Shown piece after piece: positions 24,261 to 38,077 of a stretch of 64,000 nucleotides of DNA. The translations under genes and the position numbers were made by a program. The notes under the pieces are model-generated. The model searched no databases. It worked only from the letters and a program-made list of their open reading frames with translations, and had not been told where the DNA came from. Position 1 is the first letter of the stretch. Each line of letters starts with the position of its first letter. This stretch comes from Antedon mediterranea (taxonomy: Eukaryota > Animalia > Echinodermata): positions 25,840,795-25,904,794 of the forward strand of contig NC_092670.1 of assembly GCF_964355755.1 (NCBI RefSeq). Reading direction: 5' to 3'.

Positions 24261-27200
24261 TTACATGATACCACATTTGTCTTGAGATTTTGACCGTGAT
24301 GATGTTTTGGTGTTACGCTTACTTTTTCGAAACGACAGAAACCTTCTTTCACTTTTTGGTTCAGCGGGAGTATGAGAAGCTGTTGAGTATAGAAAAAATT
24401 GTTGTATCTTAGTCAATTAATATTTTAGTTTAGTTTTTAGGAGAAGTTAGGTATTTTCTATATGATAACGTACAACATGAGGATGATCAGGTAACCCTCT
24501 AATTTAATCTAATTGAAATACCATAGAAGGAAATTGCAGAAAATTAATTAGAGTTATAGTATGCTGGAAAACAAACAAAAGTGAGTTGCAATGGTTAACA
24601 GTTAAAATAATCAACTACAGGGGGGTTTGAGTGCGAGGAAACTGACTGCATAACAAGGGAAGGACATATTATTAAATTTGCAATATCTAGTATGAGTCAA
24701 TTGCAATAAACATTGTTAACTCAAGCTAAAATTCTTTTTTTTTTTAAACTTACCTCTACGAGAAAACATGTTGGTGTTCGTTCTGGCATTATATGACGAC
24801 CATTTATCGTTCTCCTTGTTATACGTATATTGAATGCTACCTTTATCAAGACTTGGATCCCACCATGGCTGAGCAAGATATCTTTCACCCTCCTAAAGAA
24901 AGACAAAACAAATAAATATTGAAATGGCTGTGCAAGTCATAGCTTAGCTAAATTTTGGATGCTTCTTGAAATGAAATGTCATTTGGTTGCTTGTGTCGTT
25001 TTAACGTGTCAGTATACAAATGATTTTCGTAATTTCCAACTTAAAATGTTTTAAATTTATATTATAACATCTTTGCTATTGTTTGCTTGGTTAATTATTA
25101 AGTAATAGTTCTAAAGAATGGAAAAATAATATTGAATGTTGATGATGAACGGTAGAAATGAACATTCAGCATCTGATCCGTGTTTTAAAAAAAAATATTA
25201 TATCCACAGCCAAAATTGGCTTAGCTTATCCTGTATAGCTTTCAACAAGGATTTAAGATGGATGCAGCGGATCAATTTAATCAAAGTTTAAAGATGTATT
25301 GTCCCTTGAAACACAAAAATTGAAGGTCAAAATATTCTAAATTTAAATTGGCCATATCAAAGTAATATTAAAGTTATTCACTATAAGTCGAAAATTCGAG
25401 CCAAAAACAACAAGTTTACGTAATTAACAGGTAAATTAATTTGATTATATTTCGTCTGGAAAATCGTCGCGAGCGAAAGTAAACAAAGATTTCAAACCAT
25501 GAGTATGTATTATGCATATGCTAACTAGTCACAGTTGAGAAGGTGTTTTCACACTGATCACGGGGAAGTTTTATGATTGTGCATACAGAGTAGCCAAACA
25601 AGCGCGTTGAATTATGAGATGTTTTGATCGAAAAAACGTCTGTATTTCAGTTAAATGGGTTTTTTTTCGACTAATTTTTGGTGAAAGTTAACTATCTTAC
25701 TAACTTAACTAAAACTATTATGATACTTCAAAATGACCCACTTTTTCGAAATCTTTAATACATCTTTAATTTAGATCTGCATACCTAGTGTATAAACAAA
25801 AAAATCAACATTTTTTATTCGTTGAATGTAATGGTACAACTAATAGCATGAGGGGAAAATGACGAAGGTTATATTTCAACAAGGCGAAGCCGAGAGATTT
25901 GAAGAGATATTTATGTACTAATTTCATTCAAAAAGGCATTTAAATAACTTTAGATCGTTTTTTAAGATTTTGATTAATTAATGGGAACATTTCTACAAGA
26001 CGTGGAATCGTTGGGAAAAAACATAATTAGCCTAGATTAGTTTCAGCATAGAGATTCACTATAATATCTCTATGGTTTCAGTTGCCTGTTGAAGTTTGGT
26101 ATTGCTGTCTTGCTGCCTAGTAGTACTAGTAGGCCTAGGCCTTTTAGTATTAGGCTAGGTCTAGGCGTTTTAGCCTTGCTAGGCCTAGACTTGTCTGGTC
26201 GTTTGTTGACATAATTAACACTAACAGTAGGTGCATTTATAAAATTCATACACATAATAATATCTAATACAATTATTAAAAACCAAATGTTACTGTTTTA
26301 ATCAATGTGAATCAAATGTAGGAATTGGCTAGGCATATTTTTTAATTATTTGATTCAAATGACAGGAATCTATTTAGATGTTATATAAAACAAATAATGA
26401 ATGTTTTATATTTGTATAATGGTACAAATAATGGCATTTAGTGGACGATGAAAGGTTATATATCAACTCGGCTGTTGTCTCGTTATAATATAACATAACC
26501 TTTCATTCACCTCATGCCATTATTTGTACAATTACTCATAAACATTCATTATTTGTATACTATTGCAAGTCATCTGACCCATAATCGTCCAATCAAATGA
26601 TAGGAATTTATTTAGGTGTTATATAATAGAGAATATTTCATTCATTGAAAGATTCATTCATTACATAGCTTTCAATCTTTCTTTCACCTCATTAAATATT
26701 TTCCCCATTCAACTCTTATACATTAATTATTTTATACCTGTGTTTCTTTTTCTAAGGATGCTGCTGGCTTCTCCTCAAGCTTAACAAACATTGTACTGAG
26801 TTCGTCAGTCATTCTACCATCATTCTTTACTTCCTCACAATACGCTTGAAGTTGCTCATCTGACGACTCACGGTAGCAAACTGAAATCAATCAATAGTCA
26901 ATATTATTATTATTTCACAATGCAGAATTATTTCATTTTGCAATTCTTTTTTGTTTAATTTTCATGTGGCGAAGCCACCTTTATTTACCACTTAAATAAA
27001 CTAGAAAGCCACTCCGAGAGTGCATACCTCCGTCTACTGTAAAATTCTCCTACATAAGATTTCTCCAGGAAAATATATATACTGTATAAGTGTGTGTGCG
27101 AATTTGGTGTAATGGTTATGCAACCAGCCTTTCAACTAACAATAGTATCATTTGACTAACAATAGAGAAGCAACATGTTGCATACAAAACACAAATTGGG

Positions 27201-30200
27201 TTTGTTTAAATTTCTCTTTCGGAAGTAATTCCCAGGTTGCTAATTTTAGTTGACTACATATGAATTACTGTGTCTATTTATTCGTTCTTGTAAACGACAT
27301 GTATTTTATAGTCTTGCAGTACGTACATTTTAAAATCGCCAGTTCTTTACACTAAAAAAAATACTGTGTATTCGAGAAACATCTAATTATATTTAAGTTA
27401 CATATATTCTCTCATTCAGTTTTCAAAAAAGACTGCTGTAGTATGCAAAATTAATTACCTAATAGTAGATATTTCAAAACCTGAATACATTCTAAATATG
27501 TTTCCCATGTATCTATTAATTTTCTTACTATGGATTATGGGTACCATAGATTGACAATTATTTTCTTATTTTTATGGCTAAAATCTTACCTGCTAGGAAC
27601 ATGTCTGTTATATAACTAAACTGTGTAAATTTGAGATAGGTACCAGATGTCTTTTCTGCAAGTTCCTCATAAAACAAGTTTGATCCTGTATTATGCATAG
27701 CTTGGACACCATACACCTGATAAAAAATAGGTCAAAATATTAATGGCAACATACAGTATTGCAGGAAAAATCAGCATTCTATAATTCTTTAAAACTAAGC
27801 ATGCACGTTAATAATTCATATTGCGTTATATAAAGATACTGTCCCTGTGTGTTATAAGGGCTATTAAAATGAAGAATATGGATCAGGTTTTTTTGCCATA
27901 TAATATCAATTATTTACTTTTCAAAAATCAACCAAGAATTCAGTTGGGTACCATGTGAAACTGCCAGTATATTCTCTGGCTATGATTTTCCATCATATGG
28001 TTTAGGTTTAGGGTTCATGATTATTTAACAAAAACACAATTTCACAGATGAGAACACTCATACTGTACAATACAACAAGTCATGTTGATTATGCTTGCAT
28101 AAAAATAGGTAAAAATGTTTTATAAATGCTAAATAAATATTAAATACTTTGACGATATCAATAAATATTTTTCAGATATAAAAATCCATAGGCATTTTGT
28201 GTTATAAGGTTATGTATTTTCTTTCTGTGTTTTCAACTATCCCTCTGGAATTGAATGCTTGTAATACTTGTTTATCCTAATAGGATAAAGAAGTATTAGT
28301 AACAAGACACAAAATTAAAATTTTTTAAAATAGCTGGATATATAATTTAAAGCTAAAATGCATGAATCGAATCAAAATTGTCTACCTGAAGTTGCCATAA
28401 CAAATTAGTATTAGAAATGTTTACCTTGACATTCATATCTCTGAGTCTATAAAGTTCTGTATGCCAGTTAACACATTGATCTGTGTATGATGGAGGATGT
28501 GGTTTATCGTCGCCTATCATCACAAGGGCTCGGGCAGATCTCTCAGTCCAGCTTAGGTCTTGAGCTTTCTTTAACACCCACTCATAACACTAAAGAAAAT
28601 AAAAAAAAACAATATTGTAAAAATGTATTAATACTTGATAATGACTTACTACATTTGGATACTAACACAAAAAGATCCTAACAATAGCAAGGGGTTATCC
28701 ACCAAGTGCGGATAACCCCTTGCTATTGTTAGGATCTTTTTTTTTCTTATTCTTATTTCTTTCCCAAAATGTTGTTGCACATGTATCTCTAATTTTTGTG
28801 GAAATAAAAATTATTATAATAACTATAACAATAATCATTATAACAATAATTACAATAATTAAAAACAATAACTACTACAGTAGTAATGACTAAAATTTTT
28901 ATTTTTTTAATTTTAAATGTAAATATGTATAATTATGTTTGTATGATGTAGTATGTTTAAGCGGATATTAGCCCTTGATGGCATTTGCAGCAATAAAGAA
29001 ATTGAATTGAATCGTCAGAAGTTTGACTTTAAACTGTAGATGTGCAGGGAACTGTGTAATATGATGTTAAAGTTACGCAGATTTTATGGAATTTTATGGT
29101 TGCTCATAAATTCTCAGCACAAAATTATTCTTTAACGAAACTGTATTTCATAATATGAAGCAACTTTTGACATGATAAAAATGGCATGCTATGCAAAAAA
29201 ATTATGCACACTTTAATAATTGTGTGCTAAAGAATAGGTAATTTAATGTAAATTTGTGCAAAAATATACCTATTTAGTTATAACTCGGACTCCTCAGGAT
29301 GGCTTGTTACCCCAATTTTTTTTAATGTATTATGTAAGCTGATGAGTTGTAGATATGAATTGATGTAAAATTTGTACCGGATGTTCTGACGTACCCATAT
29401 GGCCACTTGAATTTGAAAAACAGAATTTTTTTTCGCTTTAGTACTAGTTAATCCCATTTAATAGAGCGCACTGCGCTTATCCCATTTCACCCTAGATTTT
29501 AATATGTTAATTCTCAATCAATTCTCTTTCACATGCATCAACAAAATTTGAATTTTTCTTACGTCATCATATGAAAAAAAAATTAGAATAACGTGACCTA
29601 CTTAATTTCATCTATACAGTATATTTCAATCTGTTGTAGCTCATCTGAATGAAAAGTGACCCACATTATTAAAACTTATTATGGAAGCTGTTGAATTGTA
29701 GATATGAATTCATATAAAAATTTTGTCTATCTGATGTCATGAAGTCATCATATGGCCAGTTGAATTCAAAAAGTCAGATTTTCATCTCTTTCGTAAAACA
29801 CATTTAAAATAGCTCGCTTTTTCGAGTCCAAAATTCTACAAATTTTTATTAATGTAATTATTTAGATAATTATCTTCTAAAATTGCTATCTTTATATTAC
29901 ATTTTGATGTTGGCATCAAGTTAAGAATTGATTAAAAAATGGGTCTCGTAATTTGCTACACTGTATATAACATATATAGTGTATTCCGTAAATACTGTTA
30001 TGTTTTATGACACAAAATAGGTACAATTCAACACTGTAAACATATTTAATTCATGTCATAAGATGGCATAATAATTGTCGGCGTTCATATAATGTATGTG
30101 GTGCATGTTGCGCTATCCCGAATTCGTCAGAGTGACGAGTTCAAATCTAGTTTTATTTGTAACTGTGAATAAAAATAAATGAGCTTATTATTAATGTTAG

Positions 30201-33200
30201 TTAATGGCTGTATCATGTACTTTCACATCTACAGTACATGTTCCTACTGTACCATTCACAGTATGATTTAGGGCACATAAAAATAATTTGAATGTGATTG
30301 ATTCTCTGTTCCTACAATGAAATGAATGGTCAAATTGTCCATAGCCTAAGTCACAATGATGAGTGTTACAGACATCATTAGTTGCTGACCATAACAATTA
30401 TATATCAAATTATAAACAATTAATAACCTCTGGGGAATCCCCACCACCTGTTGATGGGACATCATTAATGAATCGAATTAGCTCTTCACGATTGTCAGTC
30501 AGATCACACATCCTCAACACGTAATTATGATGGTCACAGTAATCACCATGCGCCATTATTCCGATCCTAATATTGGAAATGTCTCGTAGAAGACGACTTG
30601 TAGTTTCTTCAACTTTAGAACGAACCTATAGTATTAGAAAATACATAAAACAATAATAAGATAAGATGGATAAAACAATCAGTCAACATAATTACATCTA
30701 TTATCTATTATAAACAGTAAAGATAGATATAAAGTTATTTTAATTATAATTTATTTTAGCATTAAAGGGTTCACCTCTAAACAACTATGATGCCGGTAAT
30801 CTCATCTCAAGGATGATAGGTATGGAATGTACTTTAAAAAATTAAAAAACAAAATAAAACTTGATTTAATTCGTCCCTATGACGAATTATAGGTTATATA
30901 CATTGATTTAAATAAAGATAATTGGTTCTTAAAATATATATATTGTTTGATGTTGTCAGAATCTTTAATTTATATTTATAATAATTATATGAAAGATATG
31001 ATCTTGTTAACGCAATATTGTAGCCGGTATCACAATCCAATCAAAGATCCCTCTGTATATAATGTCATAAACCACCCTTTTTACATAATAATAAAGACAT
31101 AAGTTGTTTTTTTTTTGTACTTTTTCATTATTTTTTCATTCTCAAGGTGAGACTTGATCTTTTGAATGCTATAGACACGAGCACAGACCCCCGAGCCATA
31201 CACAATTGACTAAAAGATTCCTCTGTGTATTTACTATGCAGTAACCACAATATATTATTACATACCGCAATGAATCACATTTTTTTACTATTAAACAGTT
31301 TGTAAAATATAAAAATATGATATTATTAAAGAAAGGTTGTAATACAGAAATCGGGCAAAAAGAGTTCGTATTAACATTTAACGCGCGTGCAAAAATCTGC
31401 GCAGTCATGGCAATTTTTTAAACGCTTAAAATTGCCTGAACATACTCTAATGTCATCGAAAATAAATTTTGCCAATTTTGAAAATTTTAAATGCGCGTAT
31501 GTATTGCCATATGATGAAATATGAGCTGAAATTTATGAGTACCAAATTTTGTTTAATTGTGATTCATGCTTGTGAAGATATGATTACAAATGTGATTTCG
31601 TTAAATCGCGCGTAAACATCATAATTTTTTATTGTGCACTGTGAAAACGACATCGATTTCTGACCATAAAGAAAATACTCTGAAAAATTGACTTAGCTAG
31701 ATCAAACTGATATCAAGATAATTGATGGACAAAATAATGCTAAAAAAAGAATAAAGATTCTGACAGAATCAATAAGGTTATATGCATGATTGAATGCATA
31801 TAACCGAATAAAGAGTATATATTGTATACTGTCTTGTCAATTGTAAAAAGTATACAATCGAATTTGAATAAACAATGACTGACCTGATCAAGGCATGCTG
31901 ACATACTACCAGTGGTGTCAAAGGAGAACACAACTTCAACTTTTTTACCATCTTCCACAACAAAGCTACTCAAAAGCTCCTGTTCAGACAAAAAAAGCAT
32001 GAAAAACCATCAGTTAAAGATACTGCTTAACACATCAACGGAATTCAAAAGGGGTTGTTATGGTTAAAAAGTAATTTTCAAACTTGCCTCTAATAATTAC
32101 AATATTTAATTTTCGACAAGCAGTATTCAACTTCCTTGACAGAAAATGTCAGAAAAATGGAATAGAAACTTTGAATGCAGTGGGGATCTATTAAATCTAT
32201 TAAGTTGCCATCATTTAAAAAGGTGCACATTTGCAACATCTTTGTAACGCTCTGTGCATGCAAAGAAATATATATTATATTCAAAGCAAGAACTGTTCAG
32301 TATGTATGGTGCAAGTATTTTTACAGCACCAACTATTACATTTTCTATGTATGTACTTTGGATAGGAAACTCCATATTTAGGATGGGGAACAAATTATTA
32401 AGCCCCAGACTCATTACAGATGCAGTTGCAGAAAATTAACTGGAATGTTCTTTTGCATGTTGTGAAGGGTGGGCGAATAACTTCTGATACCGATCATCTT
32501 AACCTGGATGTGTTAAATGTTCTACTATTTTCATGAGTTTTAAACAAATTTACCTACGGTTTCTAATATTTTTCCATTAAAATAATGCCTATTGAGCATT
32601 ATTGTGACATAATATGAAGTTCCTAAATTGTTCAGATAGTACGCCATTAAAGCAGTTATAACATAGTATATGACGTCACTACTATATGACGTCATAGGTA
32701 AATCCAACCGTTAAGGAGATATGGGCTTCAAAATAGCAAATGGCGGCCATTTTGAATTTATGCCAATTAACCCACTTCCCAATGTCTGAATTTGGTAAAC
32801 TTCGGAAATGAACCATATTTACCAGACAAAACAAAACAAAAAATTCTGTTGCAATTTCTTCTAGGTTCACCCTATTTTTTACTTATCTTTACTGGACTAC
32901 TATGCTAGACAGAGAAATAAAATAGTGATTGAAATAAGAATAATGTGTATTAAAATTTGTAAGAATGGTTCTAGCAGTGGTGGATAAAGTAGATCAAACT
33001 GTAAGAATGGTTCTAGCAGTGGTGGATAAAGTAGATCAAACTGTAAGAATGGTTCTAGCAGTGGTGGATAAAGTAGATCAAACTGTAAGAATGGTTCTAG
33101 CAGTGGTGGATAAAGTAGATCAAACTGTAAGAATGGTTCTAGCAGTGGTGGATAAAGTAGATCAAACTGTAAGAATGGTTCTAGCAGTGGTGGATAAAGT

Positions 33201-36200
33201 CGATCAAACTGTCATCTCTTGATGTATCAAGGACCTCTAGCTGTGGCGGATAAAGTCGATCAAACTGTCATCTCTTGATGTATCAAGGACCTCAGGCCTT
33301 TTACTATTTTCTCAGTGTAGGCATCATTGCCAATTGTTAAGACTTCCATTCAAATCTTATTTATAATTACTAATGATACTCCACCTGCTCTGTACTGATT
33401 GTGTGAAGATAGGGATCTTGTCATCAAAACTTAATAGGGATTATGTATTGGGATTATTAAAAGTACTATTCTATTTTAAGCAAAGGATAATTTAAGACCA
33501 ATTAGGAACTCTGTTAACTTTAAGACTTTAAACTTACTTGAAGAGCGGCTTCATCTAGTTTTTCCTCAAGTTCATCATCTTTTTTGGGTGTTGCTGCTGC
33601 TTCTTCTACTCGTTCAACAACTTTCACTTTAAGCAATGATTCCTCATCTAATCCCACTGAAGATGCTGTTAATGTATGCTTTCCTATTATCTTCTTACCA
33701 TTCAACTTCATAATAGAAAACATTATTACAAGGCCAGGTTTGGAAAAGGTAAACAATTATGATTGTTAAAAAATGAAAACAACTGTAAGTGTTGTTGTTT
33801 TCTTCATGTCCAAACAAATTGCTCATGAAATCTTTTAAAACAATCAAATAAAAACTGTAAGACTGTCAACTGACAGTCTATTTAGAGCCTTTCCCAGAAT
33901 AATAGTTTAGGCCAAAATAAAAAATTTTTTTTTTTTCCGATCAAGACGCCCGGGTGGATTTTTTTCCAGAAAAAAACAAAATTCTACCCACAAACATTGT
34001 TTTGTTCGGGATTTCCCAAATCATCAGATAGCGTAGTTTAGTAGGAGGACTGTCTACGTCTTTTTGTATTTTATTTATTACGTGTATTAACGATCCATAT
34101 AAATAATAGGGCACGATGTTTAACATTTACCATTCTGTGTTGACTGTTTCATTTTAAGTTTAAAACAATGCGATTAAAAAAAGCAAGTGATAAGCCAACC
34201 AAGGTATAACAACAGCAAGCTCCATAGCTAGCAGCCAACGGAGAAAACATGATACAAAACCAATTTATTTGTACTGTATGCCTTACTCAACAACTATTCA
34301 CACAAAACACAGCAGAGCTGCGCCTTTGTATACAACGTCTTCTGCGCGAAAAAAAAATTAATAAAAAAAAAAATTGCCAGCCTGGACTGAAACTTTTTGG
34401 GCAAAATCGGCAGGAAACAACATTTTTTTTTAGGTTGGCCTCATAGTTTATTTTATTTGTCCAAAGGAAATTCATGTTTCATTTTCGGCAGGAAATTGCT
34501 CAAAATTAGTCAAAGGTTTGTAACACAGAAAAAGACAATAATACCCTTTTTATACTATCGACTGAGAGAGGAACACGAGTTGAACTCGGAGGCAATTTCC
34601 ATTAGCCAAAAAAACTGCGAGATGAACTCGAGTTGCGCCCATTTACACTACATCGATCACCCCGGTGCTGTCAATCAAATCACTATTGCAATCGCACACG
34701 TGGAACTTAACTGACTATGGTTTAAACTTTTAAACACTGGAACATATCGACAAATCTCATATAAAAACATAATAATCCGAATTTACACAAAATTTATTTA
34801 ATTTTGAATATAGTCCAGTGTTATATTTTTTTTGTGGCTATTAAGATTATCATTTATTATTTTAAAAATTAGGGCCTAACAATTATTTTTCTTTTTAAAA
34901 TGACTGCATTTCCGCCTTGTAGACTGTACGTACATTAAATAGGCCTTAAATTGTTAGGTTGGCGTAAAAATAGGGTAGGTACGGTAAGTATTTAAAATAA
35001 AAAATGTATTTGTTAATTAGCATAACAATGTATCAATGAAGGAAAATTATTATATGGTATATTTCAGTTCCTAAAAAAGATATCATTTTCATCCATTGAG
35101 ACGTCAGTATTATATTTATTTTTCCCTTTTTCAATAATTAGGAATACATAGAATCGGCCAGGGTAGAGTAGTTACACCAATATTACATTATTTTAGGCTT
35201 TCTGGTAAGGTAGAATGCACACGAACAATTTCAATATTTTCAGCAGAAAAGAAAAGTCACAAATTTGTTTGTGCCTTTAAAAGAAAATAACGAACAGCAC
35301 AATATATCGTACAATTATTGTTTTAAGCAAAAAAGGTGTATTTTAAGCAAAAAACCTATTTTGTTTGCATAATGTATTGTATTTCTGTGACAACATGTTA
35401 GATTTTCAAGTCAATGACCTTTAACAGCTCGGTGTTGAACCACAAAAACCGTTTAAACTTCGTGTCTCCGGTGTAGATTCGACTACACCGGAGAAGGTAC
35501 ACCGGAGAACATTCAGCTTCGTTTCACCCCGGGGAGAGCACACCGGGGTGGTTGGATTTTTCCATTTACACCAGTCAATAAAAACCACAACACCGGAGTT
35601 TAGCGGCCCGGTGTACTAACAACTGCGGGGTTACACCGCTGTTACGGTGATAAGTGTAAAAGGGGTATTACATTTAAAATATACAACAGAGCTACAAAAT
35701 TACTCTGATGAACAATGATTAAAAAGCCTGAATATGGAATAAAAGAATTAAGGAAACATTTTGTTCTACCTCAAGCTCCTCAATCGCCTTCCAGATCTAA
35801 TAACCATTGATTACTATGGAGTGGATGCTTTTACATTTTAAAAACCAAGTAGACCTGCACAATTTTTTTTTGATAACCAAAACCTTATAATCAGTGGAAA
35901 TCAGCCAATCAAATGTTGAACCTTATACAAATAATTCCAATTTTGTGAACTAAATTGCCACATTTTTGTGTTTAAGTCATAATGAATTGTTACAACTGAC
36001 CTTCATTTCTATATTACTTGATGAATCAACTTCCAGTCTTTCTGTCAACATATCCTTCACATCCTGAATGGTGCTAATATTTTCAATGCCCAATGGGAAA
36101 GTATAACCACATTCTTTCTCAATATAAATATTGTATTTTTTTATTGAAACAACCTTTAAAAAAATATAGAAAAGCAATATAAAATGTTGAGGTCTTGGGA

Positions 36201-38077
36201 CCATGAAAACAGTAAACCATTTTACAAAAAAAAAGCTAATAAATAGATAATTTCAAATAATTATTTCATTTTAAATTCTTCGATCATAAAAATAATCAAA
36301 ATGGAAATGAAAAAGGGCCATATTAATTGCAATAGCTAGCATTAAAGGTTCACTTTTCAGGGTCTGTAAAATAAAAACTTACCTCTGCTTTTAAAACAGT
36401 TTCAGGTCTAACTCCAAGAAAGCTAAGGGTATGAAATCGGTTTAAAATCTTGCCAGTGTATTTAATAATTATCTGCTTTGTTGAAACCTTTTCCTCTTCA
36501 GCAACCTTTTTACATACATCTTCAATCTGGAAATGTGAAATTGTACATTTAAAAAATGTATAGATTATATCGCTTTTTAAACTTGGTAAATCTGTGCATT
36601 CGAAAATTACTACACTTTTATACTATAAAATATAATATTTTGCGCAGTTTTATAGTATAATTATATTTTTTAATGAACTTACAGTTTTATGAGATGGTAA
36701 CTGAAAATTAGATGTTCGTCCTGATTTTGGAAGCTTCACATTTACGTCAAGTTGCCCAGATCTTGCACATGCCTCTTTTGAAGTGATGCCTGTTGGGTGC
36801 AATTGCAAAAAAAAATGTTATATACAGTATAACTATTCTGTGACAATTTTGTAGGATGTTTTTTTGGCACTGTGATTTTATAGAAACGAACAAATTCAAC
36901 ATGGAGTATGCGAATGTATGTCTGAGAAAAATGACACCAATTTAAAGGATTTATTTGTGATTATCTTCATAAAAGTGCTATCCACAATAAAATACATTTG
37001 GACATGAAATACAAGGAAGTGCGAAACAGCAGTAGTATAAGGCCCCATTTAAACATACAGTATGATTGTTAATAAATAATATTTCAAACATCTAAAAAAT
37101 TAAGAATTTATTGATTTTATCCCACCGAACATGGGCCAGAACCATCCCACATTCATGGAGGTTACTAATCTATGCCCAGTAGGGCCCGGTATCACCAAGT
37201 AGGTGCCTGGTATTTCCTGGTTGGGTTAAATAATCAACAAGCGTCGCGTTCGCGACACGAACTGAGTTGATGCATACATGGCGTCACAAATGTATAGTAT
37301 TGCGTCAACTAGTATGTCTCGCTTTTTTTAGGCTCTGTCCCGTCCAACCCTTGAATTGTCCCACCTTCAAAATATTTCATGAAAAAAAATTACGAAATAA
37401 TATTTTGAAAAATACCAAATGCCAAATTATTAGCATTTGGTGAATTTATATGAACTGAAGTATAGACTACACAACGATTATGATTATTACGACTAACGAA
37501 AGTAGGCCTAGGTTCCTTATCATTTATCAATCATCTGCGGTTCATGCATGCAAGACTTCGGTGGTGGCCGGCCTCGCGTAACTTCCAGTTAGAGATCAGG
37601 GAACACAGCAGACAGATGGATGCGGTTGGATTGTTTACACATCCGGTTAGCGAACCTAGCGCAATTAATTTTGTAAATTGAATACTGTCTGCAATCCGAT
37701 CGTACTAAAATTGTGGTTTTATTGAACTGGAAATGTTATTAGAAATCTATATATATCATATTTCGTTAAATTAACACTTTAAATTGACAGGTCTTGGTAT
37801 TTATTTAGGAGGACCCTACATACAGTACCTACCAGATCCAGTACGTAGATGTTAGGCCCCTGGTAGGCCTAGTACCACTAGGCTAGTGGGCTAGTTAGTG
37901 TTAGGCCTATATTATATATAGTTATTATAGCGTAGGCCTACTATGCCTAGCTAGCTAGCTACTATAGTCTAGCTAGGTAGCCCTAGCTAGGCCTACCTAA
38001 CTAGCAAGGCCTACCTAAAGGCTAGGCTAGGCCTTGACAGACAGAAAGTCAGCGAATAAAAGTAACTTACCTAACAT
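24261..38077 (-). CDS. 12-exon gene, ~521 aa: two ubiquitin-like domains, vWA domain, basic tail and CaaX (CGIM)
   Basis: Coding exons on -, 5' to 3': 38071-38077 (ATGTTAG, least certain), 36683-36789, 36383-36526, 36001-36153, 33538-33705, 31884-31979 (VVFSFDTTGSM), 30428-30625 (RIGIMAHGDYCD..TGGGDSPE), 28425-28589 (LVMIGDDKPH), 27590-27716 (VYGVQA..FYEELAEKTSG), 26738-26880, 24754-24892, 24261-24379 (..KSQDKCGIM*). All junctions are GT-AG and phase-compatible; total 1566 nt with no internal stop. Confidence 0.88.
25292..25765. mobile_element. Kolobok-like MITE (related subfamily)
   Basis: TTAA-AGATGTATTGTCCC ... AATACATCT-TTAA; same termini as the 2178 and 8181 copies but a different interior. 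Confidence 0.65.
28669..28741. repeat. Perfect 32-bp inverted repeat with a 9-nt loop, at one end of a probable HINE-like element extending to ~30150
   Basis: AAAAAGATCCTAACAATAGCAAGGGGTTATCC-ACCAAGTGC-GGATAACCCCTTGCTATTGTTAGGATCTTTTT, followed by a TTCTTA simple repeat. Possible far end TCGTCAGAGTGACGAGTTCAAATCTAG at ~30124-30150. Confidence 0.8.
31380..31730. repeat. Second copy of the core of the 16241-17033 element
   Basis: Shares CATGGCAATTTT..AAACGCTTAAAATTGCCTGAA, GAAATTTATGAGTACCAAATTTT and TGAAAAATTGACTTA.CTAGAT.AAACTGATATCAAGATAA. Confidence 0.75.
32959..33292. repeat. Intronic minisatellite: 42-bp unit x6, then a ~56-bp duplication
   Basis: GTAAGAATGGTTCTAGCAGTGGTGGATAAAGTAGATCAAACT repeated almost perfectly. 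Confidence 0.95.
34542..35667. mobile_element. PIF/Harbinger-like MITE
   Basis: TAA-TACCCTTTTTATACT ... AGTGTAAAAGGGGTA-TTA (imperfect ~15-bp TIR, TWA flanks); subterminal ACACCGG repeats. Confidence 0.55.

Noticed and set aside
25790-26620. Possible Crypton-like non-autonomous repeat with internal inverted segments
   Set aside because: It looks repetitive, but I could not define boundaries or diagnostic termini by eye.
30105-30150. CTGACGA on the minus strand as a hammerhead core
   Set aside because: No correctly placed GAAA; better explained as the terminal hairpin (TCGTCA-GAG-TGACGA) of a repeat.
32965-33222. ORF with a perfect 14-aa repeat (MVLAVVDKVDQTVR)n
   Set aside because: Translation of a 42-bp minisatellite on the antisense strand of an intron; no splice or coding support.
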